From positions 8,680,001 to 8,744,000 of the forward strand of contig OZ024743.1 of the NCBI GenBank assembly GCA_964016885.1: 64,000 nt of DNA, given 5' to 3'. Source of the stretch: Eledone cirrhosa. Its lineage: Eukaryota. Below the pieces are notes generated by a model that had not been told where the DNA came from, made no database searches, and saw only the letters and a list, made by a program, of their open reading frames with translations. Both the position numbers and the translations under genes were made by a program. Below, in pieces: positions 11,846-26,322 of the stretch (positions are counted from its first letter, which is position 1; the number at the start of each line of letters is the position of its first letter).

Positions 11846-12649
11846 TTAAGGCAATATCAGAGGCAGCAGAAAGGTGTTCCAGCTGGATCTGGTCAAGGAC
11901 GAACAAAAACAACTTCATACCACATGAGCGGCATTGTGGTTTTACTTTAACGCACACTAAAGAAAATGTAAGTCACTCTTTGTTGTGTTGGTAACAGTAT
12001 GTTGACATCTCGCCACAATCATGACTACTGTTATTTTCCAATTCAAGAAAGCATTTAAATATAAGTTTGAAAGCAGAGGCAACAGAAAGTAGTTCCAGCT
12101 AGATCCTGTCAACAAAATCTCCATACGGTTTAAATACACAGCAAGTCTCCAATTTCTAAATGGCTAAATGTCAGCAGAAGGACACCCAAGAGTCATGACC
12201 TGTATGCGACCTGGCCCCCTTAGAGTGTAAGAAGTTATGGGCCGAAACACTCACTTAAGGGAAGTTTCTTACCACTGATTAAATAATCATTTTTTTTTTA
12301 TTGAAAATATGTTCAAAATTGAAGACTTCAAAGGAACATTTTTCTGCTTTAAATATTGCCCATTTATTAAATTATTCATGCTTTCTCTCTCATATATTCA
12401 AAATTGTTATAAATTATGAATCAATTTATGTTTAATCCAACTAAATATTTTCTTCAAAAGGTTTCTTTTAAAATGAAAAAAATTATATGCCCAGACTTAT
12501 TACTAAGAAAAACAATTTAATTTCATATTTTTTCAAAATTTATTGAAAAGGCATAAGAACAGAGCTAAGTCAAACATTTTACCAATTCTTAATTATCATT
12601 GTTTCGTTTAAATAAAAAAAATTATTCAGTGAACCACTTGCAAGATATC

Positions 12650-13440
12650 CTTCAACATCTAAACAACTCACACCAAACCTGCACGGGCTTCATGAATAGC
12701 AATCTCAAAAACATTCTCCAATGAATGTGGATATAAAATTATTCTCTTTCAATAGCACAGACAATTACTGTGTATATCAAAGAAAAATATATTGTCTTGA
12801 ACAACATATGATTAAAATCCACAAAGTCATTATATATGCTAGGCTTCACAATCTCATCTCATTCATAACACATTAAAAATAACATCCAAAGGACTAGCCT
12901 TCCTTTTCAAAACCAGAAAATATTTTAGCTCCGATCAGCCACTGATTTTCTTCAAAGCTCAAGAAAGACAATGGAATACTGTTTACATGTTCAAGATGCT
13001 TCTGCTGCAATACACACATGTAAACATCCAAGTCATCACAAAAAAAGAAAGCCATCTGACTGACTTAGAAACATACTTAATTCTTCAGCATTTAAACTGG
13101 CCATATCCGGCCAGAATTCTCTCAACTCTTTCTGTTCAAACTGGTTGTAACTGGCTGCTGATACCAACATTAAGGTATTGTTCTCAAAATCTCGTAGATT
13201 CGAAAATATGTGAGATAAAGCCTTTTATGTGAAAATACAAAAGTAAATATAGAGTAATGTGAATGCTAAAGGGTTAAAGCTTTAACCACAGACAGGCTAT
13301 TTCCGCACTGTCTACTTACTATTACAATAGTCCACGATTCTCAAAACTAGTTGTACACCACCTTCAACCAAGCCACCCAATACACCAGTCTCTCTTGTTA
13401 TCCATACAGTGTCTCTTTTCTCAGCACTGCAACAACTACT
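12650..13440 (+). mobile_element. Degenerate CR1/L2-group LINE interrupted by a MITE
   Basis: gactagccttccttttcaaaaccagaaaa and atggaatactg segments shared with 240-445 and 42.6-43.3 kb. Confidence 0.55.
13081..13273 (-). mobile_element. piggyBac-type MITE, family A (internally deleted)
   Basis: TTAA on both sides; family body. Confidence 0.85.
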
Positions 13441-13689
13441 GAGCAGAAACTTTCATCAACTCTGAATATGGTATATCCTATAGACTGCAGCATGAACTAA
13501 TATCAAAGATCTAACTTGATGACTGGCGATTATCCCTCTTGACCAAAAAATATATTGTGTAATGAGTTTAACAGAGAACGGGCTGTTGAACATCTACCAT
13601 ATGGAGTATGTCATCAGAAACTATCTAAATATGAAGGCAAGGTAAGCTAAAATGAGAATTAGAAAGTCCTTCTCAAACCTAGAGGCTCT

Positions 13690-13910
13690 TCCAGCCAGAG
13701 ATTATCTTGGTTTATGAGGTGTTAAGTCTTCCCTCTGGATGAAAGCCCCTCCATCACTATGTTAACCTCTAGCTACTGGTACTCCCTTTCAGCTGAAAGA
13801 ACTGGAGCAACTGAAATGTCTTGCTCGAGGACAACATGCACCACCTGGTCCAGGAATCAAACCTATAACCATAAGATCTCTAGTCCAACACCATATCCAC
13901 TAAGACACAT
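13690..13910 (-). mobile_element. Degenerate tRNA/CORE-like SINE
   Basis: actggagcaactgaaatgtcttgctcgagg...ccaggaatcaaacc is the reverse of the head plus CORE region. Confidence 0.6.
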
Positions 13911-15089
13911 CCTTCAAAGATCAGAGAAAGGGTTCATGTCTTTACTATTGACACAGTACAGTGCAAGGTCACACACTGCTGACAACTTGCTTAGTTGTCC
14001 TCTATTCACTCAGCCATCTATTCTTAGACATCTAAATTTAACTTCTGCCCCAGATGAGTTCTCTTCATGCTTTTTAGTGACCATGAACTACACGACAAAA
14101 ATGTGTTATTTGGAACCTTATGAAGGTAATGTACTCTATGACAGTTGGCAGTAATGAAAGTTTGGAAGCAAAGGTTAGTTTGCAGCATGAATTTTATAGT
14201 ATTTAGTGTACAATGTATTAACTATAATGTAACTAGATCTACACTAGGATTATCAAAGTGGTGTAGATTTTCTAACAGAATGCTTCAATATACAATTGGT
14301 AAAGTATTCTACAAACAAAAAATGTAAATAGACCAAAGGTAAAAAAAAAACTAAGATACAATTATAGAGATCATATTGGTTAGAAAATGGGTGGTTCAGC
14401 AATATCTACAAAACTAAGAATAGGAGTTTCAGATGAAAATTTATAACAGAATATATAATTTATAATAGAACAATAGATCTTGCCCAAAAATATGTTATAC
14501 AAAAAGGAAAAACCTTTTATAAGATTTTGCTATTTTTATCCAGGAATGGAATGTTCCAAAAGAAGAAAGACATTTCTAAGTTTGAACAAAAGTTCATCAT
14601 AAAAAAATATTTAGGAGAATACTAAGAGGGTCACTGTCCTTGTCCATTTTAAAATTAGAAATTGGGGCTAGAACTTCATATGTATAAATTAAAGTCTAAA
14701 AAATATTAGCAAGTGATATAAGGATAGGATAAGAAACTCATAGAACAGGATAACTTATAGTCAGCAACAGCGAAAACATAAGAAATATTAGTGGAAAATA
14801 ATTGATGTCACACATTGACCAAAACTTCTTGATGCTATCAAAATTGTCATGGAAATACTATAACTATTGTTATTTATGATCCTAAAAGTTGGCAGCATCA
14901 ATACTTGATAGTTTTCATAAAGGTAATAGAATTTCTGAGTTATTAAATAATTTATGAAAGTCTTTCCATTTTATATTAAGTATCATGTGATGTTTTTTTT
15001 TTTTTATTTAAGCCATCATTCGCATAATTTGAAAAAACGAGTCAAGTTGACAAACCTTTCACCATCACCAATGCAGATGAAGAGTGAAT

Positions 15090-15500
15090 TTACTGTGTAT
15101 TATCTATGTTGGGAGTAAAAGGCTTCTCTCTCCATGTGAAGAACAGATTAAATGATGCTTGTGTACTAAGTGTGACATTGCAAGGTAGCGAAACATGAGC
15201 ATTGAATGCAGGAGATGTTAGTCTGATGCCAGAATACAAAGGATCAGCAAGAAAAAGAATCAGTGTAAGAGGAATCAGATGAGGTATGCAAGAAAAGTGA
15301 CTGAGCTAGTGATGTATATAGAGGATGACAATTAAATTAAAGAGGTGACAGATGTATGTGGAACATATAGACCAAGGAAGAGGTGATGAAAGCTAATGTC
15401 AAGAGGCTGAAAGAGATGACAAGAGACTGCAACACAGGGCACTGTGTATGTGCCCATCCAACCCTTTCCAGCATAGAAAAATGGACATAAAATGATGCTG
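15090..15500 (+). mobile_element. Degenerate RTE 3' fragment (old relative of the PHD-RT family)
   Basis: KGFSLHVKNRLNDACV...QGSET*AL, and tail ccatccaaccctttccagcatagaaaaatggacataaaatgatg. Confidence 0.7.
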
Positions 15501-16872
15501 ACCCTCTGCATATGCTCATTTTGGACATACCAAAATTATATACTTTATTTTATGAATTCCTGGTTACAAGATGCATATTTCATTGTGAGCTCTTGTCACA
15601 TTTATAAGGTAGCAGTAATAATTGTAAACCAGTGTGCTGCATAATCTGATAAGTCTGCAGCCTGCAGCAAATTCACTTAATTGAGGGAGCATATCAGGAT
15701 AATTTGTAGGCCAGACAGTGATATCCAAGCACCATTTTAAAATAATGAAAATAGCAGAAAAATAAACAACTTCTTTCTAACTCAGTGTTATTGCAGAAGT
15801 TAACAATTCAAAATTGGAGAGAGATAAAAATCACCAGGTAAATGTTTCAACCTTATTGCAAATATAATCAAAAGAAAAAATGAATTCCACAGAGTCTGTA
15901 GATAAGTCAGTTCCATATAATAAGTTGATCTATAAGAATTTGAAAAATTATGAGAGAGACACGTATTGTGTACACTCAAATATTTCATTTACAAAATAGT
16001 ACTGAATAGAAGTCTTCTTTCTTACCCACTACTTTAAACTCATTTAAGATTAAAAGTAAATGATAAAATTTTTTTTAAATATTTGTGAAAATCTTTTGGA
16101 AAATGAAGATCAGAAAACTAAAATGAAAAAAATTAACACAGCATGGTGGAAATTCATTAGAAATTTTAATAACTTACATCTACTGCTGAAAATATACTAA
16201 CATCACAGGCAATACATGCAATATATCTGATAACAGTTTCTAACAACGGTTTACAAGAGTGTCAAAATACTGTTACACAGCATGTTAATCATGATATAAA
16301 GGAAGTTATTTATGTGCTGAAAGGTTAGTGTATGGTGATAAATCTAGTGACACCAAGAAATACAAATAATGTCCTGCAGATGTGTAATGGGAAATAACAT
16401 AAGAAATTGATTTAATCATTGATTCCATATTTTTTGTGAGTGAACTAATAGGAAAGTGCTTTAGAATCCAGGAAAAGCATTCTTTGTTATATATATATAA
16501 AAAAGAGAGATTGAAAAGCAACAAAAAGCATTTTAAGATCTTATTCTCTGCTAAAGCAAGAGTTAGCTGTGTGGGCTCCATGACAAAATTATTAATTTTG
16601 CTCTATCATCTGCATCACACCTCACCTGCTATCTGGGTTTCATTTCCTTGTGCATCCAATTTAGAATAGGTATGCCTTATCTCTGCAAGTCATATGGGTA
16701 ACTGAAAGGTTTGGTATCAGGCAGGGCATCCAGCCATAAAACTGTCAGAAAGCAAACCCCATGTTGAGTAGAGATCCAGAGTTATTAGATGTAAACCTTT
16801 TGCAAATTATTTATAATCAATTCATAATTATTTAACATACTTTTCCACTACTTTACTGAAAAGGTACATAAC

Positions 16873-17073
16873 TGCCTTATCAGAAAAGGTAGATATCAAT
16901 TTGAATAGTACTTTTTTACTTATGCCTTATCAGAAAAGGTACATATCAATTTGAATAGTACTTTTTTTACTTATGCCTTATCAGAAAAGGTACATATCAA
17001 TTTGAATAGTACTTTTTTACTTATGCCTTATCAGAAAAGGTACATATCAATTTGAATAGTACTTTTTTACTTA
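16873..17073. repeat. Minisatellite, 4 x 50-51 bp
   Basis: Unit tgccttatcagaaaaggtacatatcaatttgaatagtacttttttactta; near-identical copies. Confidence 0.95.
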
Positions 17074-17479
17074 TTTTAATAAAAAGCAATCATATTGGTT
17101 CTGAGATCTGCATTTATCAAAATATAGCCAACATTAAAGTTTAGGTTAATAATACAATTATTCTGCAGGACACAGTCAAAGTATCGCTCTGACTTAGGTG
17201 TAGTCTTCCACCCTTTCCCCATTTCTTTCATTTGACCAAATATTAAATTCTTTATTATTTTTATTTAACTTGACCATTAGCACCAAAAACCAACAATGCG
17301 TGGCACAAATTCAATGATTCTTTGTTTTTAGAGGTTGTCCAAATACAATTACAGAAAGGTTCTATTGTTTTAGGTAAGGACTAAGAGTGTAGATTAATGT
17401 GTTAAACTGAAGAGAGAGAGTGAGAAAGTGGAAGTTTTAAGGAAAATTAAGATGAAGCCATAAAGATCAGTATAGTAAT

Positions 17480-17620
17480 GCATGCATGCATGCATGGTCC
17501 CAAACTCCTGATGGAGTCGTAGGGGCACCATAGTGGCATACAGCGTTTCTAGGGCAGTTTAAGCCTGGCGGAGCCCATCCCTCTCCAGGTCTGAACACAG
17601 CAGATTTCTTCCTGAGAAGG
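17480..17620 (-). mobile_element. Short retroposon 3' end with (ATGC)n tail
   Basis: Reverse complement ccttctcaggaagaaatc...gccctagaaac...cccctacgactcc...(catg)n matches 43127-43268. Confidence 0.65.
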
Positions 17621-18419
17621 ATAGAAAGAGAAAGTGAAAGTTTTAAGGAAAATTGGGATGAAGCCAGAAAGATTAGTCTAATAATACTGTTAGGTAAAAC
17701 AAAAGAAATAAATGTACTGGGCCAAGATCGAGAGCATACTATAATTCAACTAGTTGCCCTTTTTCAAATGTAGTCTACAATTAAAATGATTGAAGCCCAT
17801 AAAAATGTGGTTTGAACATTATAGAATTCAACAACTACTCTAAACTTAAATAAATTTTTACTTAAAAAAAGAAAAATAGGATTTCAAAATGCAGAACTAC
17901 AAGAATTATAGTTTCTAGAAATACTTAAATGAGTTTTGATCTCTCAATTGCTAAACTCTGCATTTTCTTCTACTTAATGAAACAATCATTTGCAAGCAGT
18001 TTGTTTCAGTCAAAGGTTATATGTCACAGTCATTAACAAACTACCTTCACTTTTGTTTGTTTGTATTGATTTTGCATATTCTTATCACTTCTAGATGACC
18101 AAGTGGACAAAGGTATTGGATTACCTGCTTATAGATCATGGGTTCAAATCCTTTTCAGAATTTCTATTTTAGCCAAAAGAAATGGACTCCATACATCAGT
18201 TAATCTATCTATTAAGAATAGGTATCAGATTATCTGGGAATATTATCTATGCTAGAGTGTTTTCCCTAAGAGATCCTACATATTTTAAATCAGGAAAACA
18301 GTTACACACTAATCCTAAATTCATGAAAATTTTCAACAAGTTACCTCTGCTTCAAATTTTCACCAGTACATCTACTAAATTAGATATTCTCTGATTATAA
18401 TCAGTTCTTCTTAATCTAC

Positions 18420-18600
18420 TTGTGGTTAGAGTATTGGCTTCATGATCATAAGATTGTGGGTTCAATTCCTGAGCTGGGCAGCATGTTTTCTTGACCAAGA
18501 TGATTCATTCCACAATTGAGTACCCATCAGTGGCTGAGAGCAACAGACTGGCATCCTACCTGAGGGAGGGGGTCATGATAGAACTGGGATCCATATGATT
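18420..18600 (+). mobile_element. Degenerate tRNA/CORE-like SINE
   Basis: tggttagagtattgg...gggttcaattcctg...ttcttgaccaaga; tail related to the 34587 SINE. Confidence 0.6.
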
Positions 18601-19866
18601 AAAATACCTGAGATACCTATAAGACCTTATAGATCAGCTAAACCTATACAGGAGTAAGCTGTAACAACAAAACAATTTCAGACAGAACAGTCAAGTGAAA
18701 TTACTAGTATAATTACAACAACTTATTTTATTAGCCTCAGAAAGATGAAAGAGAATTTGGTGTTGAAACAAAGTGGCAAACAAAAAATAACTGCCACAGA
18801 AATTGATGAAAAAAAAAAAAAACCCACAAAATTTCAAGCAAAATAATCACACTAGAAAAGATCAAATAATGTATTAACACTGATGAAAAACATTAAATCA
18901 CACCTTAGCATCTTTAAAAAATGCCATATTAAACAAAGTAATCCAAAGTATACCATGCAGCAAAAAAGATGGCATGGTTATCACTGGTATGCCTATGACA
19001 GTATGTTTGCACAACCAGTGTTCACTTGGGACTACAAGAACAAAGATCACCTATGTAAAACAATGACTAGAGGAATATTTCACAAAAAAGACATCTTGCT
19101 TTTATGTTTAATTTAGTTGCATTAGCATTTAATTAAAATCCATGGTTTTAAAACTAAGAGGCTTGTGCAACATCATTGTGCAATACTCAACAGATGCTAA
19201 ATATAATTTACATATTTTGTAACAAGATAAATAGAATAAATGTTAGTCTTAAATTGGAGTCAAACTACTACAGAAATAACAGGTACAAAATAATTTGTAA
19301 ACTAATTTCTAACCAAAAGAAAACCAAATAAACTAAATTAAAAAAACAACAGCAATATATAGACAAATCTAAATTATGCTGACCTTCTCAAATTTAAACT
19401 TTCTATAACTGAATGCTGGAAGCAAAACAAAAAAAACATCATTACCTTTTCGAACCAATGAAACTGGACTTCTACAGTGGCCTTTATCAATGGGAAAGAA
19501 AATGTTGAGTCATGTTTAAAATGACATTTCAGACAACAGAAATTGTGCACTTGTATGTCTATTGGCTTCAGTGAAATCCAAACACTTTAATGTTGATTTT
19601 TCAACAAATTACTGAACAATTTACTTTTCATATGAATTTTCTCAACATATTCTTCTGAGGAGAAAATATTGGAGATTTCCACTGTATCTAAACAAATTAA
19701 TGTTATCTTTTCTGTCTAAACTACATTTTAAATTAGCTATTCCCTTGTTAACTTTATGATATCATATTTCTATGTATATCCATGCCCTTCTGCTAAGATT
19801 GAAATCATGACCTTTATTTTTAATACTGAAGTACTTTGCATTATATAGAAATGTGTTTAATTTTAG

Positions 19867-19906
<40 letters not shown>

Positions 19907-20751
19907 AAATATAGTACATGAGGACAGTCTGAGAATAATTTCAATTTACTGAAGCTTAAATTAGCTTTCTACAAAATAAATGTAATGTTATCGGAATTAT
20001 TTATTGGATATTGTAAAATAATCCCCTTCTAACATCTAACAACCCGATCCCAAAATATCAGCCTAATAAACAGAAAACTCTATCCTGATATTTACAGCTT
20101 ATACCTATGCAGGCTTAGCTGGCCTCGTATTAGGTTCTATCACAAGTTTCTTCAGTGTTTTAATGATAGAAGCCCCAGGCCTATCAAGAAAAGTAATCTG
20201 AACTGAAGCATGTTGTTCAAGAACACAATGTGCTGCTCAGTCCAGAAATCGAGCCTACAACCTTATGACTGTAAGTCCAACACCCTAATCACTAGGCCAT
20301 ATTCTTTCACAAACCCCATACTGCCAGTATTCCTAACCCCAAAAAACAGTGTTATACTACAAGAAGATAGCATCATTATCAATTTAACATACTTTTCCCT
20401 ATGCATTAACTAGTTGATATGACATTTTATTTAATGTTTGATACATTTCCATGCCTGCAGCAATTTATTCCTGCTCTGACAACCAATGCAATTTTTGTAG
20501 TCCATTTTATTATTCTATTTCAATGCAACATGTTTTGCTTTTATTTCCAGCCTGTGTAACCTAAAACATTAAATTTACAAAGTTTAAAATAATTAGAAAG
20601 AGAAAAGTAATTTATTAAAATTTCAAATTTTGTTTATGTTCCCTGGGGTCGTGTATTTTCTTTAATGATAAATATTTGGTGGTTTTTAGTTTTATTTATA
20701 GTTAGTTGGAACAAAACCAAGTTTATTTTGTGAATTCAAATGTGAATTTAA

Positions 20752-20952
20752 CCCTTTTAATACCAAACTACCTGAAACCACCTTTGTTTCTACAATACTA
20801 AGCTTTGTGGTGTTTATACCTTACATCATAATTTTAAGCAAGAACCTTCAGGTTTTGTTCCTAACACCGGCTTAAAAATGAAAGTTAGTTATATTACTAA
20901 ATTCCTCATTATTTGAAAACTATAGGCAGTGGCTTACATGTTGACGAAAGGG
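20752..20952 (+). mobile_element. TTAA-type MITE, family B
   Basis: TTAA-CCCTTT...AAAGGG-TTCA; body shared with 4477-4788. Confidence 0.65.
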
Positions 20953-22599
20953 TTCAGTCTCAAAACAGTTTAAATAGAATTAATAATGGCACCACTGTGA
21001 CAAAAAGCTTTGACTGTATTGGATCAATGACCAGGCAATGTAGTTTTCTTAAGCAAAATACTTATTTCAGTGAAATGACAGAAAGTTAGGTATCCTTCAT
21101 ACTAAAAAGAAAAAAAAAGAATGAATTGTATAAAAACACCAGGTAGCTACTGTGCTCTTACTTCAAAGTTACTTTCAGTCATTTATGAAAATAATGTAGG
21201 TTTATAGAAATCCTCAACAACACAGGTTAACATCGTACACTTATTTAAAATACTTATTACTAAATTAGGTTCTATTTCATTTAAAAAAAAAAAAACATTT
21301 TTACCACCACTAGGTATAACGCAACTTGGTCCGTGCAAGCATTCCTTTCTATCCATATGAATGTTTTCCCTGCCTAAGTCGAGACTGGGACATGTCACAT
21401 CAATACCACCAATCTAAAAGGGCTTACAATGGTTATTGGTACTACCCCCCTCCTCTCTTGACAAAAAAACAAAAACAAAAAAAAAAAAACAGCTGCAAGA
21501 TTTGTTCTATTTCTGAAGTGCCACATATATAACCAAATACTTTGTCATTTAATCATCAGTACTTCGTACACCGGCGAACAAAATTGCTAAATTTAAATAT
21601 AATCCACCAATTCAATAATGTTTGTTACATATTATCTTCTGAGATTTGGAACAATATAAGATTAAAATGGATTTATTTTTAAAATACAAAGTTGAGGCGG
21701 GTGGGGAATCATGTATATGCAATTCATTTTCAATATTCAAACCATAACTTGGTTAATAACCTCAACCTTGACATATTGAGATATATATATTCTAATGCCT
21801 GCTTTATTTTAATATTTAACTTAAAAAGTTTGGCTTCAAAAGTCTGACCTTGATGACCCCATCAAGTGAGTCGGACAGTCGGCTAAAATGGAGATAAAAC
21901 TAAAACCAAATTTCAAAATTATTTATTTTACTACATTAACATAGAACAGTCTTTACTTTTGAAAAGATGAGTATTCCTTAGCTAACATGGATTGAACAAC
22001 TTTACAAATTGAAATATTTACGAATTTTGTTTTCTTAGTAAAGAAATATAACTAAACTATTGAAAGGCTAAAAAGTGATTAAGTAGAGTAATGTACCTTA
22101 CCGGAAAGACACACCTAGTTAATACTTAAATATAATACGTTAGGGAAAGTTAAAACAATTAAAACATAAACAATTAATACTAAGCTACATTTCTAACCAA
22201 TCCACGAAAATATCTTTTGGTTAGCTATTATAAAAAATTTGACATTTAACTTTAAATATTATTTCCGGCAATAAACATCAAACGTTGGAAGAATTAAGAA
22301 ACTGAAATACGGTTTATATAAAATCTAACTGGAGTGTTCATTGATTCTTATACATTAGTAATAGCTTGCCTTGGTAACGAGAACCATGCATATATTAATG
22401 AAACGGTTAATTCCATCATGGTACTATGTGGAAAAGAGAAAGATAATCATCACACAAAAAACTGTTAGAAATCAGGTTAACACACACATTATATATATAT
22501 ATATATATATATATAATACAAATTTCGGGTCAATAATTCTGTATGCATGTTAATGGGTTTGATTTTTTTTAAATTTTATAAATTTTCCTGGCTCCAAAT

Positions 22600-24900
22600 T
22601 GAAAATAAACAGTACTAATTCAAAATTTGTCGGTTAATAGATTAAAATCGGTTACCGCTACACACTTTATCAAAGCATAAACGAATGATTTTTTAAGTAT
22701 AACCGACTTGAAATCATTAGTCTTGTCAGAGTAAAAAATATATTGCTGGTGTCTCAGCATTGGGTTTATATTCAGAAAAGCTAGTTATTTAACATGTTGA
22801 AAAATAAATAATAAATATATATATTTGTCAGACATTTAGAATAAAAAGTATAATTTCACTAAGTTTGATTGTTAAACGATAAAATAAATGCAACATCAAA
22901 CGAAACGAAGGGAGGTAACCAGCACCTCCACCGGGACAAGCGATTAAGAGACGGTAGAAGTGTTCAAGTTTAATGTGCGAGGTAGGGCACCTTATGACTA
23001 ACCGATCAAATTACAGCAATACGCGAAACGTGAACAATTACGATGAACGTTTTTAACAAACATGAGTTAATGACGTGAAGAGTTACTAATGAGCACTTTA
23101 AAAAAAAACAAAAAAAAAAACGTCGACGAGCAAATGTAGAAAGTAATAGTGGGACAGCATTTAAAACGTAGTGGATCAGTTACGGATTCTAAAATAAATG
23201 TGATATATAGATAGATAGCAAGAATATGTTTCAATTTAAACTCGCAAAGTACATATTAAATTGAAAGATAGTAGAATTATAAGATTAAAAGCTGTTCGAC
23301 CATTTTGACGAGTGGTTTTTAGTGTCTCGAACCACTTCCGGTTGTAGCCACCACCCACCGCACATCTATTAAGTCTGGCTGGCTAATTTCTATTATACAT
23401 ACCTCTTGATCCGTTTAAAAACTAGTGAAACAAGACAGTACTACAACTGTAAACTAATATGATCAATCAGAACAAATCAAATTTATACCACGTAAAATTA
23501 CAGTCATTTTAAATACTTCAACTGTCTAACGGTAATGCTGTTTAGTTAATAAAAGAAATATCCTTATATACAATATGTTTTTTAAGATTATATTTGGTTC
23601 CTAGCTTCTTTTTTTTTCTTTTGTTAAAAAGAATGTATACATTGAAATTGACAAACGGACTAAAAATATAAGAAAAGCAACGGAAACTAAAACGAGTTTA
23701 GTAATGAAGTAATATGCCGACATGTGTGGAAGATGAAACAAAAATATTTCAGAATGGGATGGGAATTACAAGATATAAATGGTAACGAAAGTCAAGTGAA
23801 TTTCATGACTGTTAAAAAAAAATAAATAAAAGATAACAGGATTCACTGAAAAGAGCACGAACTCACGAATGTTCGGTTACTTGAGTACTAAATACCGAAA
23901 GCTGACTAATTTAATCAGAATTTCTCAACTTTAAAATACAATAAAGAAAAACATATATCATTAGGTTTTCTACTTTATAAGTCTAATAAATATAAACTAA
24001 TTAATCGGTATCAATGAATTACAGACACGGTGTACATTTCTCCAAAACAGTATTAACTCTTTGCAAGAGTAAAGTATAAGCTAAAGAAACGATAGATCTT
24101 TCGGTATAATAAAATAATTCCTGAGCTATAAATTGGGATGATTAATAGGAAGAGTTAAGCAGTAGTAGGCAAGAGAATTCTCAGTGTCACAAGACGTTTC
24201 GTTGTACAGAAAAGTAACATGTAAATGGATTATATCGATAATATCCTTAATCTAAAGTTGACCCTTAACTGTCACAATATGGATGACAAATAGGGTAAAA
24301 ATAAATATTAAAACAGGAGAGCAAAAGGGCATTGAAAAGAGAACGGATTCTGAATAGAATGTCAGATTTGGCTAAATTGAGAAGAAGTAAAAAACGAGAG
24401 GCGAACGAGAAATGGAGTAGTACCAAATGAAACTAAAAAGATACTTACCTTTTGTTTACAGTAGTATAATGTAATGGTTAACGAACACCCTTCTATCGTT
24501 GCTGTCACCCTACCCCAGACGAAGTAAGCCCACTGTGATGACGTAAGACGCCACCGAATCGTTACTATATTTGGAATTATTTCCCGTGACGCTCTGCTGC
24601 TGGTCCGTATAAAATATGGACTCGTCTCTTTTCGCGAACCGTTTCGTTAATTTGTTAAAGAGAAAAAGTAGTGAAGCGAAGAAAAAAAGTTACTTCGTTG
24701 ATTTTTTTATGAGAAATTATTTTCGTCATCAACATGAAGTTATTCTAGTTTTTTTTGCCAAACAAATAATTGGTTTCTTTACTCAGGAGAAAATTGTGGA
24801 TTTGTTGTATTGCTGAATTTAAGCAATAAACACGTATTGCATCTCCAAAACTAACATTTCAAAAAAGTGTATTTGTAGCTGGTAGTCGTTAAAGCAAAAA
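22600..24900. promoter_or_regulatory. CpG-retaining, repeat-free putative promoter region
   Basis: CpG is visibly more frequent than in 1-21 kb; no TE insertions; CRE/ATF-like TGACGTAA (24539-24546) and ETS-like ACTTCCGG (23334-23341). Confidence 0.5.
24449..24530 (-). other. Candidate non-coding first exon of the minus-strand gene
   Basis: Perfect donor AAG|gtaagtat at 24441-24448, just downstream of the CRE motif; the 5' boundary is a guess. Confidence 0.4.
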
Positions 24901-25665
24901 TATCAAACCAACATTGATAATTAAACTTGTATATATGTGTGTATGTGTAATAGTGCGTGCGCGCGCATGTGTATATGCTACAACTATAGTAGGCACAAAC
25001 TGCAATATTATTAAGGCTTCTCTAAAACAAAATAAGAATGGATATGCATGTGTATATTACTTATTGCATTTATTATAAAATAGTAATCTCAAAATAATTT
25101 CTAAAAAGTTGTATTTATAAACACTGGGTTTTTTACATGACTCCAAGTATACAAACCTATATGAAACCGGTATTTGAGTTAGCTAACGGGATATTGCTGG
25201 TACATATTTCACTGAGCCTGGAAGAAAGACAAAGTTAATATCAACAGGTTTCCAACTCAGAACGTAAAGGGTAATTACTAAATAACAAAAGGAAGAGAGG
25301 TTCTGAGGCCAATGAGATAACCTGCCCAGTACCGATGACATAATAAAAAAAAAACATAGTGCTTTTACTTTAATTTCTGCTTTTTTTTATTTTATTTATT
25401 TATCATTATTATTACTTCTTTTTTTTTCGCTGGCGTGTATAAAAGTCCACTTGGCTTTTGGTTGTCTTTATCAATGTTTTTTTTTTTTTTTTTCCAGAAC
25501 AGGCTTCTGTTAAGAGGTGGATACTTGTTGATGCACCACATCTACGTACACTTTCCCTTTATATTTCCTCTGATTGACAAATAGTACAGTTGGCAAAGGT
25601 TTTCTACAAGAGAACCATTACCAGATAGGACTAATAAGCTTCTGGAGGGTACCCTATCAGCTGGT

Positions 25666-26086
25666 ATCATCATTTTCATCACCGTTTTACGTCTGTTCTT
25701 CCACGCTAGCATGGGTTAGACGGGTTGTCCTGTTGTGGGCAGTGTCCGGTCGGCTGACCTTGTCTTGCTCATACGGGAACTGATTCTGGTTTGATTTCTA
25801 CAGCTGGATGCCCTTCCTTACACCAACCTCATTTACAGTGAGTGCTGGGTGCTTTTTCTCCGTGGCGCCTACACGTCCACTTTACAGTGTGGGCTGGGTG
25901 CTTTTTTGCTGTGCCACATCCATGACCACTTTGCAGTGGAATGATAGGGACTCCAGTCCTATCATCTCATTTCTACAGCTGAGTAAACTGGAGCAATGTG
26001 AAATAAAGTGTCTTGCTCAAGGAAACAACACATCACCCGGTCCGAGAATTGAACTCACAACCTTTCGATTGCAAGCCCAATGCGCT
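25666..26086 (-). mobile_element. tRNA/CORE-like SINE with RTE tail (same family as 11180-11523)
   Basis: Near-identical head, CORE and tail; one extra internal repeat unit. Confidence 0.85.
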
Positions 26087-26322
26087 GGTATATATACTCA
26101 TATCCTCTTCTCAGGTAATTCGTAACTGGTGTCCTTGTAAACACACAATTTGGAGCAGATCACCAGCATGTAGTATATTTACTGGGCTCTTCTTACAACC
26201 CATAAGTTGTATTTCCCTTTTTACTTTCTCTCACTAAAAACTACTACAATGTTGCAAAGTAAGGAATTCAATAAGTCCATTAGAGAATTTTCCTTCATCT
26301 TTACTGACATCCAGATATTTAA

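Noticed and set aside
16873-17073. CRISPR-like array
   Set aside because: Contiguous identical units with no unique spacers; eukaryotic context; no cas genes
19446-21182. Possible upstream coding exons MTESNFE (21162-21182) and KSSFIGSKR (19446-19471), in phase with the 4004-4048 exon
   Set aside because: Donors are plausible, but acceptors are weak and the exons too short to distinguish from chance
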